Origin: a virus
Virus record (IMG/VR): IMGVR_UViG_3300013117_000371
Reading direction: 5' to 3' (one strand)
DNA length: 64,000 nucleotides
The notes beneath the pieces are model-generated. The model was not told the origin of the DNA. It saw nothing but the letters and a program-made list of their open reading frames with translations, and made no database searches. Every line of letters starts with the position of its first letter. Position 1 is the stretch's first letter. This document shows, one piece after another, positions 18,035-25,105 of the stretch. Made by a program: the position numbers and the translations under genes.

Positions 18035-19006
18035 ATGGCGAAAATCTGCTACACCCCCAAACGATTCCGGGAGTCCTCCCGGGCGAAGATCGAGTGGGCC
18101 AACAGCATCATCGAGGAGTACTTAGCCAAGGGTTTTTCACTTACTCTCCGCCAACTTTTCTACCAGTTTGTGAGCCGCGACCTCATCCCCAACTCCCAAC
18201 GGGAGTACTCCAACCTGGGGAACCTCATCTCGGACGCCCGCTTGGCCGGCTTGGTTGACTGGGACGCCATTGAAGACCGTCGCCGAGGACTGCGGGGTGC
18301 GGGCACCCCGCAGCGCCCCCACTGGAACAGCCCAACGGAGATCATCGACGCCTGCGTCTACGGCTACCGTCGGGACAAGTGGGCCACCCAACCCCAACGC
18401 ATCGAAGTCTGGGTTGAAAAAGAAAGTCTTATTGAAATCGTCCAGCACGCCTGCGACCCCCTCGACGTGCCCTACTATGCCTGCCTGGGATACAACTCCC
18501 AGACCGGGATGTGGGTGGGCGCCCAACGCCTCATCAGGCACCTGCGCCGAGGGCAGACACCTACCATTATCCACCTGGGCGACCACGACCCTTCCGGGAT
18601 CGACATGACCCGGGATACGGTGGACCGGCTGACTCTGTTCCTCACCCACCACGGGCACAACCCCCCGCGGGTGTTCAGGGCCGGCTTGAACATGGACCAA
18701 GTGGAAGAATACAACCCACCGCCCAACCCAGCCAAAGTGACCGACTCCCGCTTTGCTGAATATGTCGCTCTGTACGGGGAAGAATGCTGGGAGCTGGACG
18801 CTCTTCCCCCCGACGTCCTTTCAGGCATCATCCAAGAGGAAATCTTGAGGCGGATGGACCAAGCAAACTTCGACAAAGTACGAGCCCGGGAAGAACGAGA
18901 GAAACGGGACCTCGTTGGGATTCAGCGCAACTGGGAAGAAGTCTCCGAACTAGTCCGTGAACTGGACATGGAGGATGCAGATGACGAAGAAGACGACGAG
19001 TACTAG
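18035..19006 (+). CDS. Winged-helix + TOPRIM protein (topo VI-A / DUF2399-like)
   Basis: TLRQLFYQ, IEVWVEK, GYNS, IHLGDHDPSGIDM, WELDAL. Confidence 0.8.
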   Translation: MAKICYTPKRFRESSRAKIEWANSIIEEYLAKGFSLTLRQLFYQFVSRDLIPNSQREYSNLGNLISDARLAGLVDWDAIEDRRRGLRGAGTPQRPHWNSPTEIIDACVYGYRRDKWATQPQRIEVWVEKESLIEIVQHACDPLDVPYYACLGYNSQTGMWVGAQRLIRHLRRGQTPTIIHLGDHDPSGIDMTRDTVDRLTLFLTHHGHNPPRVFRAGLNMDQVEEYNPPPNPAKVTDSRFAEYVALYGEECWELDALPPDVLSGIIQEEILRRMDQANFDKVRAREEREKRDLVGIQRNWEEVSELVRELDMEDADDEEDDEY

Positions 19007-19196
19007 AGGCCTCACCATCACCGCCAAAATCGGTGAACTGACGGTGCGCCTGTTCCCCAACGACAAGTTGGGACTACTCAACGAACAGAGCACCCTACGG
19101 GACATCGGCGAACTGAGGGCCCGGCTCGAAGAGGAATGGGGCCCCCTGGAACTCACCAGCCAAGTCAAGCAGGTAGAGGAAGAGCATGCTCACTGA
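18957..19196 (+). CDS. Hypothetical protein
   Basis: Fills the gap between coupled genes; start uncertain. Confidence 0.5.
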   Translation: MNWTWRMQMTKKTTSTRGLTITAKIGELTVRLFPNDKLGLLNEQSTLRDIGELRARLEEEWGPLELTSQVKQVEEEHAH

Positions 19197-19647
19197 CCTC
19201 ATCCACCGCCTGGAGGAGCTGGAGCAATCCCAACTCGGGGACACCGCCTTTGTTGAAAAAGTGGGTCCGGAGCAAAAGGCGAAATACCGACAACTCGAAG
19301 AGAGGCTTAGGGCCTTCTTTGAGAATGGTGACTGGTTCAACACCATCTCCGTCCCCGGCGTGGGGGTGGTCGGCGTATTCGCCCCCCATCATGGAGGCGA
19401 GGCCAATGCCAGAGCTATGCTGGAAGGGGCCAAACTGACAAGGGAAACCTCGGCGCGGCTGAAAGAGGTCCGTTCAATACTGACAGCTGTCAAGGACGAC
19501 GCCTGCGACCTCATTGCCGAAATCAACGAGGCGGCCCCTGAGGGGGATGGGATGCTCCTGGAGGTTCGGGATGCCTGTGAGGCCATCATGCACAAATTGG
19601 AGAGTATCCTAATGCCCAACGACGGAGGAGTCGGAGGAAAACCATGA
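19186..19647 (+). CDS. Hypothetical helical protein
   Basis: ORF with SD, coupled. Confidence 0.7.
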   Translation: MLTDLIHRLEELEQSQLGDTAFVEKVGPEQKAKYRQLEERLRAFFENGDWFNTISVPGVGVVGVFAPHHGGEANARAMLEGAKLTRETSARLKEVRSILTAVKDDACDLIAEINEAAPEGDGMLLEVRDACEAIMHKLESILMPNDGGVGGKP

Positions 19648-20450
19648 AAAAAACACTGAACAGCATCATCAGCTGCATTCTTGAGCGGGAAAACCGACGC
19701 GGGCAGGCGGCAAAGGCCCGACTGCCGCAGCGTCCCCCCCGACACTCGTACATGGTGACGTACCCTAGTGTGTCGGGCCTGCCCATAAGCGAAGATGTGG
19801 GGGGACAAGAGATAGAAACGGTAGAGGTACGGGCTGAATTCCAGCTGCGTCTTGCTGATCGTTACATAGGAAAGGCCATGGCAGTCGCAGAGGCAGCAAG
19901 GCTGGCGAGAGAAACGCCCGAGTCCCGGCACGGGTTCCGCAAGGGACAGAGGGTGATGGTTGCCCATCAAGGACCGGGGACGGTGGTAGGCGGCATCGTG
20001 GGGTGTATCTACGTTGTCCTGGATAGTGGTCTAAGGGGCTGTGGGGCGCTCGGGGAGTGGATGTGTCCCCCCGCCGACCTCACGCCCTTGGAAGAAGAAC
20101 AGCCCGAAAAGCCGACGCCGGAGTTCAAGGTGGGTGATCGGGTCTGTCATCTCTTAGGCGAAAGGCCGTACACAGGCGTGATCATGCAGATTTCCGACCT
20201 ACTTTCCATTCGTCGTGACGATAATGTCCCCGGTTCCGGAGAAAACGATCTTTGGACTATCCGTCCATACAGAGTTACCCCCTACGACCCCAAGAACCGA
20301 CAGCATGCCGAGGCAAGGTGGCCAGGCGCCGAGGTAGGCAATTGCGGTCATTTCACCAAATGCAAACGTTGTGGTGGTGCGGCAAACAATCGGCACAAGT
20401 GGCCCACGCTGGACGGGCGCTACTACTGCCCGGAGTGTTGGGACAAGTGA
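19644..20450 (+). CDS. Hypothetical protein with two KOW/SH3-like segments and a C-terminal Zn ribbon
   Basis: FRKGQRV, FKVGDRV, CKRC...CPEC. Confidence 0.6.
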   Translation: MKKTLNSIISCILERENRRGQAAKARLPQRPPRHSYMVTYPSVSGLPISEDVGGQEIETVEVRAEFQLRLADRYIGKAMAVAEAARLARETPESRHGFRKGQRVMVAHQGPGTVVGGIVGCIYVVLDSGLRGCGALGEWMCPPADLTPLEEEQPEKPTPEFKVGDRVCHLLGERPYTGVIMQISDLLSIRRDDNVPGSGENDLWTIRPYRVTPYDPKNRQHAEARWPGAEVGNCGHFTKCKRCGGAANNRHKWPTLDGRYYCPECWDK

Positions 20451-20466
20451 GAAGAAGGGGCGAGTG

Positions 20467-20733
20467 ATGAAAACCACAGCGAAGCACCGGACAACAGCAA
20501 AAAAGACACTCCCTAGTGGACTTGCGGTAGGTCTGCTCAACCTAACAGCGGATGGCCTGTTCGACATCCTCGACGATTTAGATGACGCACTGACGTTGTT
20601 GAAAGAACATCGTGACGAGTTTGTCGCTCTGTGCTTAGTGCTTCCGGTACAAGATCCCCGTAGGCATGCTTTGAGGGAGTTGTTGCGGACTCTCAACGCC
20701 TTTCTGAAGGAGAAGGAAGATGACACGAAATAG
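20467..20733 (+). CDS. Hypothetical protein
   Basis: ORF with SD. Confidence 0.55.
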   Translation: MKTTAKHRTTAKKTLPSGLAVGLLNLTADGLFDILDDLDDALTLLKEHRDEFVALCLVLPVQDPRRHALRELLRTLNAFLKEKEDDTK

Positions 20734-20902
20734 ATACTTTTTGCATTTGGCGGAAATAGGTACCTTTGCAGACTGGGCGCACTTAAAAGGGTGGATTCGG
20801 GAGGAGAGCTACGGGGATTATGAAGTATTGCGTCTGCGAAAGGGGAGTAGAAGGAAGACCGCAATAATAACAAACACAAAAACGGAGAGGGAACATGAGT
20901 AA
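20720..20902 (+). CDS. Hypothetical protein
   Basis: Overlaps both neighbours. Confidence 0.5.
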   Translation: MTRNRYFLHLAEIGTFADWAHLKGWIREESYGDYEVLRLRKGSRRKTAIITNTKTEREHE

Positions 20903-21305
20903 CCAAACCATTGGAGCCAAAGACTTCGCTGAATTCTTGGGGCCCTGGACTCCTCAAGGTGTAGAGGCCAGTCCGGCCGTAGCCGAAGTCCTAAAGGAGG
21001 ACATCGACCTCAGCAACGCCGCTGAGGACGCCACCGTTCTGCTCCTCAACGAACTGGTGCAAGACAAACGGGAAACAGGCATAATCGCCGGCCGGTGCTA
21101 CCAAGCCACCCTGTCCAAGCCGTTGGACGACGGGGGGTTCAGGTACTGGCTATTGCTCGTCATCACCAACGCCGACCCGGAGGTCCCCAAAAGCCGGATG
21201 CTCATTTTGACCCCTCAAGAGGTCAAGGGCAACGCCGTCGTGTGGGACCTCATCGGTGAAGCTGCGCAGAAGACCGTTCAGTCCATGATCGAACTGGGGA
21301 CCTGA
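20895..21305 (+). CDS. Hypothetical protein
   Basis: SD, TGATG coupling. Confidence 0.7.
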   Translation: MSNQTIGAKDFAEFLGPWTPQGVEASPAVAEVLKEDIDLSNAAEDATVLLLNELVQDKRETGIIAGRCYQATLSKPLDDGGFRYWLLLVITNADPEVPKSRMLILTPQEVKGNAVVWDLIGEAAQKTVQSMIELGT

Positions 21306-21754
21306 TGCGCCTCATTAGCGCCGCCAGCTTCGCCAAGGAGACGGTAGCAGGAGGAACAATCCAGTGCCCGCTCTGCCGCACCTACCTGCGGAAAGAGGAT
21401 GAGTACGGCGCCCGTCTAAGTGCACGGTCAACATCTGAGCCAGGAAAGGTGAACATCCGCATCTCCTGGCACTGCCGACACTGCCACACCGACTGCGACG
21501 TGGGCCTCATGCCTGATGCGGACTGGTGGGAGGACTACTTCGAAGAAGGTCACCCGTACCAGCTGTGGGACCCCAACGCCAAGAACGCTCGATGCCGGGA
21601 CGCCGTGACTCTCAGGGCCCACCTGGCCATCACCAAGATCCTGAAAAGGGGGGAGAACAGGCCCCTCTTCCAAGAGCTGGTGGAGGCGGACAAACTGATC
21701 CTTGAGGACCTGGAAGACATCGTCGCCCGCCTTGAGCGGCTGGCGCCCACGTAG
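21305..21754 (+). CDS. Zn-finger hypothetical protein
   Basis: CPLC, CRHC. Confidence 0.65.
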   Translation: MRLISAASFAKETVAGGTIQCPLCRTYLRKEDEYGARLSARSTSEPGKVNIRISWHCRHCHTDCDVGLMPDADWWEDYFEEGHPYQLWDPNAKNARCRDAVTLRAHLAITKILKRGENRPLFQELVEADKLILEDLEDIVARLERLAPT

Positions 21755-21809
21755 GAGTAGCAACGAAATTCAACGCATCTACCTCTGGCCTATGGCCTCC
21801 GGTAGGCGC

Positions 21810-21837
21810 TTGACTCCACCTCCCAGTCCAGTAGTCT
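21810..21837 (+). promoter_or_regulatory. sigma70-like promoter pointing into a non-coding gap
   Basis: TTGACT-N16-TAGTCT. Confidence 0.45.
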
Positions 21838-21842
21838 GGGGG

Positions 21843-22019
21843 TACCGCACTATCCCGTTCTACCAGGTATGGGGAGAGGGGGTCGAGCGGGGGGCAAGGG
21901 ACGCAAGTCCCGTCACCCCCCGCTGGAAGGGGTATGCTCCAGAGAAGAGGTCAAAAAAGCGGAACTGAAGACACCCAACTAGGGGAGGGGGTCCTTACTT
22001 AAGTAAGGCACCCCTCCCC
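21843..22019 (+). ncRNA. Candidate structured small RNA
   Basis: Lies between a promoter and a terminal hairpin; contains AGCGGGGGG/CCCCCCGCT stem with an inner GGGAC-GCAA-GTCCC GNRA hairpin (21886-21924). Confidence 0.35.
21982..22019. terminator. Long inverted repeat between convergent operons
   Basis: GGGGAGGGG / CCCCTCCCC arms around the perfect palindrome CCTTACTTAAGTAAGG; no clear U tail. Confidence 0.55.
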
Positions 22020-22030
22020 GACGTTGGCGG

Positions 22031-22576
22031 TCATTTCCACGCCATCGCCCCAATCCCCAATCCCAGAACAGCGCCCCCTACTGTCCCCACGATACCCCAG
22101 AACAAGGGGGACTGGTACCAGGAGGGCTTGGAGGGTTCCACCAGGCCGGTGACTTCTTTTAGCCTCCTCCCATAGGACTGGGAGACATCCTGCACCAAGG
22201 TATTGGTCTGGGCCACCAGGTTCTTCATCTGGTCGTCACAGGAAGTACGCAACCGGGACAGTTGGGTGTCGCACCACGTCCGGACGCCTTTGACTTCCAG
22301 CTCGTAGCTGCCCAGCAGGTGCTTCTCCCGGGCCGCTGCCGCCTCTTTGGAGGCAGCCAACGACAGCACACATGACTTGTACTTGAAGCTGGCAGTAGCG
22401 AGTCGTTCGCTAGTAACACACCAGCACTGGCTGCTCTTCAGCCACTTGGAGGGTTCGAGGACCTTGTCCTCAGGGGGAGCTGTCTCCGCTGGTTGGGCCC
22501 TCCCAATACTCGGGAGGAGTAGTCCAATTGTCAAAGTCAGCACCAACAGCCTCAGGGTTCTCGAGTAGGTGGTCAT
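22031..22576 (-). CDS. Spanin-like protein (signal peptide, coiled coil, C-terminal TM)
   Basis: N-terminal hydrophobic leader ending GRAQP; C-terminal FWGIVGTVGGAVLGLGIG; overlaps the upstream gene. Confidence 0.5.
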   Translation of the reverse strand: MTTYSRTLRLLVLTLTIGLLLPSIGRAQPAETAPPEDKVLEPSKWLKSSQCWCVTSERLATASFKYKSCVLSLAASKEAAAAREKHLLGSYELEVKGVRTWCDTQLSRLRTSCDDQMKNLVAQTNTLVQDVSQSYGRRLKEVTGLVEPSKPSWYQSPLFWGIVGTVGGAVLGLGIGAMAWK

Positions 22577-22955
22577 AGTATCTCCGCAGTTGAGTGTGTT
22601 CCTCCGCCAACTTCTCCCGGACGGCCGCTGTAAGCTCCTCCAAGTCCTGCTGCCGTTTCTTCTCCGCCTCAACCAGCCGCTCATCCAGCTCCGCCCAGGC
22701 GGCTGCCGCCTGCTCAGTCACCGTCCTTTGGTAATTGACGATGTTGGTGGTCATGGTCGCCAACTGTGTCGAGGTCGCTTGCAGGAGCCTGGTCGACTCG
22801 GCCTGCTGGCTCTGCATGGACTCCACCAGCTGATGGACCTGGGCGTCGTGCGAACACCCTCGAATGGTCCACGACAACCAGAAAGCGATGAGGAGCAGGA
22901 GGGCCATGGCCGCCACCAGTACCCACTTCCAATACTTCTCAAGGAGCTTCAGCAT
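22470..22955 (-). CDS. i-spanin (Rz)-like protein
   Basis: N-terminal TM helix followed by a long coiled coil; directly downstream of a holin-like gene. Confidence 0.55.
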   Translation of the reverse strand: MLKLLEKYWKWVLVAAMALLLLIAFWLSWTIRGCSHDAQVHQLVESMQSQQAESTRLLQATSTQLATMTTNIVNYQRTVTEQAAAAWAELDERLVEAEKKRQQDLEELTAAVREKLAEEHTQLRRYYDHLLENPEAVGADFDNWTTPPEYWEGPTSGDSSP

Positions 22956-23187
22956 TCGACTTCTCCTTCTGGTCCCTCCCCGCCAACAACTTCAGGAGGG
23001 GAACTCCCTTCTTGCCAAAGTTGTAAATGAGCATCCACAGCACCAGGTTGTACTGCTGCTCCCCCACCGTTTGGCTGTTGTACCACATGTACAAAGTAAG
23101 GAAAAAGAGCGCCCAGAATGCCCATCTTCCCAGGCTGGCCTTCCCATTCTCTGACAACAACCCGCTGAGCCACTTTAAAATGTCCAT
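22939..23187 (-). CDS. Holin-like small membrane protein
   Basis: 82 aa, two hydrophobic helices, charged C-tail. Confidence 0.55.
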   Translation of the reverse strand: MDILKWLSGLLSENGKASLGRWAFWALFFLTLYMWYNSQTVGEQQYNLVLWMLIYNFGKKGVPLLKLLAGRDQKEKSNAEAP

Positions 23188-23205
23188 GTCACCCTCCAGG
23201 CACCC

Positions 23206-23234
23206 ATTGTAGCACCCCGTACCGGTCCCGGCAA
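23206..23234 (-). promoter_or_regulatory. Promoter for the lysis cassette
   Basis: TTGCCG-N17-TACAAT with TGC extension. Confidence 0.55.
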
Positions 23235-23246
23235 GCCCACTTGTAG

Positions 23247-23333
23247 TGGGAAGGGGAGGATTCGAACCCCCGTGTTTACCCGTTCGGGACCTGGTCTACA
23301 GCCAGGCGCCATCAACCACTCGGCCACCTTCCC
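23247..23333 (-). tRNA. tRNA-Tyr(GTA)
   Basis: GGGAAGG/CCTTCCC acceptor, CCTGG-CT GTA GA-CCAGG, long variable arm, TTCGAAT; CCA not encoded. Confidence 0.9.
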
Positions 23334-23334
23334 A

Positions 23335-23421
23335 TGGTACGGGAGGGGGGACTCGAACCCCCACGAGCTTGCGCCCACTAGATCCTGAATCTAGCGCATC
23401 TGCCAGTTACGCCACTCCCGC
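23335..23421 (-). tRNA. tRNA-Leu(CAG)
   Basis: CTAGA-TT CAG GA-TCTAG, variable arm, TTCGAGT, ACCA end. Confidence 0.93.
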
Positions 23422-23422
23422 A

Positions 23423-23509
23423 TGGTACCGAGGGGGAGACTCGAACTCCCACGAGCTTTCGCCCACAGCGCCCTCAACGCTGCGCATCTGCCAATTACGC
23501 CACCTCGGT
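23423..23509 (-). tRNA. tRNA-Leu(GAG)
   Basis: CAGCG-TT GAG GG-CGCTG, variable arm, ACCA end. Confidence 0.92.
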
Positions 23510-23526
23510 ATCCTCTCAAAGAACAG

Positions 23527-23610
23527 TGCTCGGGGTGGGGGTCGAACCCACGTGGGCTTGCGCCCCAGGGATTTTAAGTCCCCTGCCTGAGCCAGCTCGG
23601 CAACCCGAGC
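23527..23610 (-). tRNA. tRNA-Leu(TAA)
   Basis: GCTCGGG/CCCGAGC acceptor, loop CT TAA AA, variable arm, TTCGACC. Confidence 0.88.
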
Positions 23611-23614
23611 GCAG

Positions 23615-23698
23615 TACCGGGGGCGGGAATCGAACCCGCACGACCTTGCGGCCACCGACTTTTGAGGCCGGCGCATCTGCCAGTTACGCCACCCCGGC
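23615..23698 (-). tRNA. tRNA-Leu(CAA)
   Basis: CCGGC-CT CAA AA-GTCGG, variable arm, TTCGATT. Confidence 0.9.
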
Positions 23699-23710
23699 AA
23701 AGCAACGATT

Positions 23711-23824
23711 GGAGCGGGGACCCTCCCCCTGTCTCCCAACTCGTTGAGAACGCACGTATCAAAGAAACAACCCAACCGCTGCGGGGATCTTCGGTCCCCG
23801 CTCTACCAGCTGAGCTACCTGAGC
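23711..23824 (-). pseudogene. Truncated tRNA-Phe(GAA)-like element
   Basis: 5' half GCTCAGG-TA-GCTC-AGCTGGTA-GAGC-GGGGA-CC GAA GA-TCCCC is intact; no TTC loop and no 3' acceptor strand. Confidence 0.6.
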
Positions 23825-23851
23825 AACAGCTGCAAATGATTTCCTGAAAAG

Positions 23852-23934
23852 TCGGGGCGACAGGATTCGAACCTGCGTATGCCTCTCGGCCCGGGCCCCA
23901 AACCCGGTGGGTAACCAGCCTACCCTACACCCCG
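23852..23934 (-). tRNA. tRNA-Pro(TGG) with an atypical long variable arm
   Basis: CGGGGTG/CGCCCCG acceptor, CCGGG-TT TGG GG-CCCGG, extra GCC-GAGA-GGC hairpin, GCAGG-TTCGAAT-CCTGT. Confidence 0.85.
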
Positions 23935-23935
23935 G

Positions 23936-24009
23936 TCGCCGCAACTGGAATTGAACCAGCGGCCTCTTCCTTATCAGGGAAGTGCTCTAACCTGCTGAGC
24001 TATGCGGCG
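23936..24009 (-). tRNA. tRNA-Ile(GAT)
   Basis: CGCCGCA/TGCGGCG acceptor, CTTCC-CT GAT AA-GGAAG, TTCAATT. Confidence 0.92.
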
Positions 24010-24206
24010 TCTACTTGTGCGGCAATTTCCGGGAAATCGTTACGGAATCAGGTTGTCACAGAGCGCACCACTCCCGAAGCCAGATAGGCTACTCGAAAGA
24101 GAATAAAACAAGTACAAGCTCTGTGGCATTTTGGCCTCCCAGCCAAGAAACGCAGGCTCATGCCGACGTTTGCCCCCGGCGTCAGCCAGTGGGGCGGTAC
24201 AAAGGA

Positions 24207-24236
24207 AGCTTACCCAACCACAAGGAAGTCTGTCAA
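24207..24236 (-). promoter_or_regulatory. Promoter for the tRNA operon
   Basis: TTGACA-N18-TAAGCT. Confidence 0.55.
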
Positions 24237-24739
24237 GGACTTTCTCGGGGGGTTTCCTTCAGCTGCTTCAAGTCGGTCTCCATGACGGCTTGACGAATGT
24301 CAAATTCATGGAGCTTTTTCGTAATGTCCCGTTGGTCCTGGGCCATACTATCGACATCTTTCCTGATTTCATCGAGGGCTCTGGCGGACTTCCGCTCGCT
24401 ACCCTCGATCGTCCTACGAATGGCCTGCACCTCTTTCTTTGCGCTCGCACCCACAGCCGTAATCGACCTGGTAGCGCTTTCCTCCATTTGCTTCACAGAG
24501 TCAGCCGTGGCCTTCTCCAAAACCTCAACTCGGGTTATCACGGGGGCAACGGCCTCCTCGCTTTCCTTTTCTGCTGTCTTCCCTACGTAAATGACGGCAG
24601 CGGTCCCAACCACCAACAAGGAGATCACTATCTGGAGAATCGTGTGCATCCACGAAATCCCAGGTCCTCGGGGCCTGCTTTTGAGTAAAAGGTAGATGTC
24701 CTCCACCGTGACTTCTTTTGGGGCTTCCTCTCCTGGCAT
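24233..24739 (-). CDS. Membrane-anchored coiled-coil protein
   Basis: One TM helix (ILQIVISLLVVGTAAVIYV) followed by heptad-rich sequence. Confidence 0.65.
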   Translation of the reverse strand: MPGEEAPKEVTVEDIYLLLKSRPRGPGISWMHTILQIVISLLVVGTAAVIYVGKTAEKESEEAVAPVITRVEVLEKATADSVKQMEESATRSITAVGASAKKEVQAIRRTIEGSERKSARALDEIRKDVDSMAQDQRDITKKLHEFDIRQAVMETDLKQLKETPRESP

Positions 24740-25026
24740 TAGCGTCCTCCCAGTAGGTAAGAAAGGATTACCGATAAATCCCAAAGTACCAAGGCAATGT
24801 ACGCCCCCAAAACAACCTTAACCCATTTGCCGCGGGCATGCAACAAAACATAGGCCAAGACCGCCACAACGACCTTCACTGCGCCAAATACCCCCACCCC
24901 TACTGACAACAGCCAAGCGCATAACGGGTTAGCCTCGGGCGCACCGAACACTACGAATGCGACTACCGTGAGCACGGCGTCGAGGAGTATCAGGACGGGT
25001 AGTAGCTTCCTTCTGGAATTCTGCAC
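24739..25026 (-). CDS. Small membrane protein (DUF5658-like, EANP motif)
   Basis: LLDAVLT...GAPEANPL...FGAVK; GTG start assumed. Confidence 0.6.
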   Translation of the reverse strand: MQNSRRKLLPVLILLDAVLTVVAFVVFGAPEANPLCAWLLSVGVGVFGAVKVVVAVLAYVLLHARGKWVKVVLGAYIALVLWDLSVILSYLLGGR

Positions 25027-25051
25027 GTATCCCTCGCCAAAAACCAAGCAT
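24929..25051 (-). CDS. Putative 40-aa KxA-leader peptide overlapping the DUF5658-like gene in another frame
   Basis: GGAGGAG SD, then MLGFWRGIRAEFQKEA-TTRPDTPRRRAHGSRIRSVRCARG*. Confidence 0.35.
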   Translation of the reverse strand: MLGFWRGIRAEFQKEATTRPDTPRRRAHGSRIRSVRCARG

Positions 25052-25105
25052 GGTTGCTCCTCCGTAGGGAGTATACGATAATCGAAGGGGAAATGGGAGG
25101 GGGAA

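Noticed and set aside
21965-21971. Hammerhead ribozyme core CTGAAGA
   Set aside because: No matching GAAA core or flanking stems in the required arrangement.
23175-23944. ORFs called across the tRNA cluster
   Set aside because: Artefacts of reading tRNA genes; clear cloverleaf structures explain the sequence.
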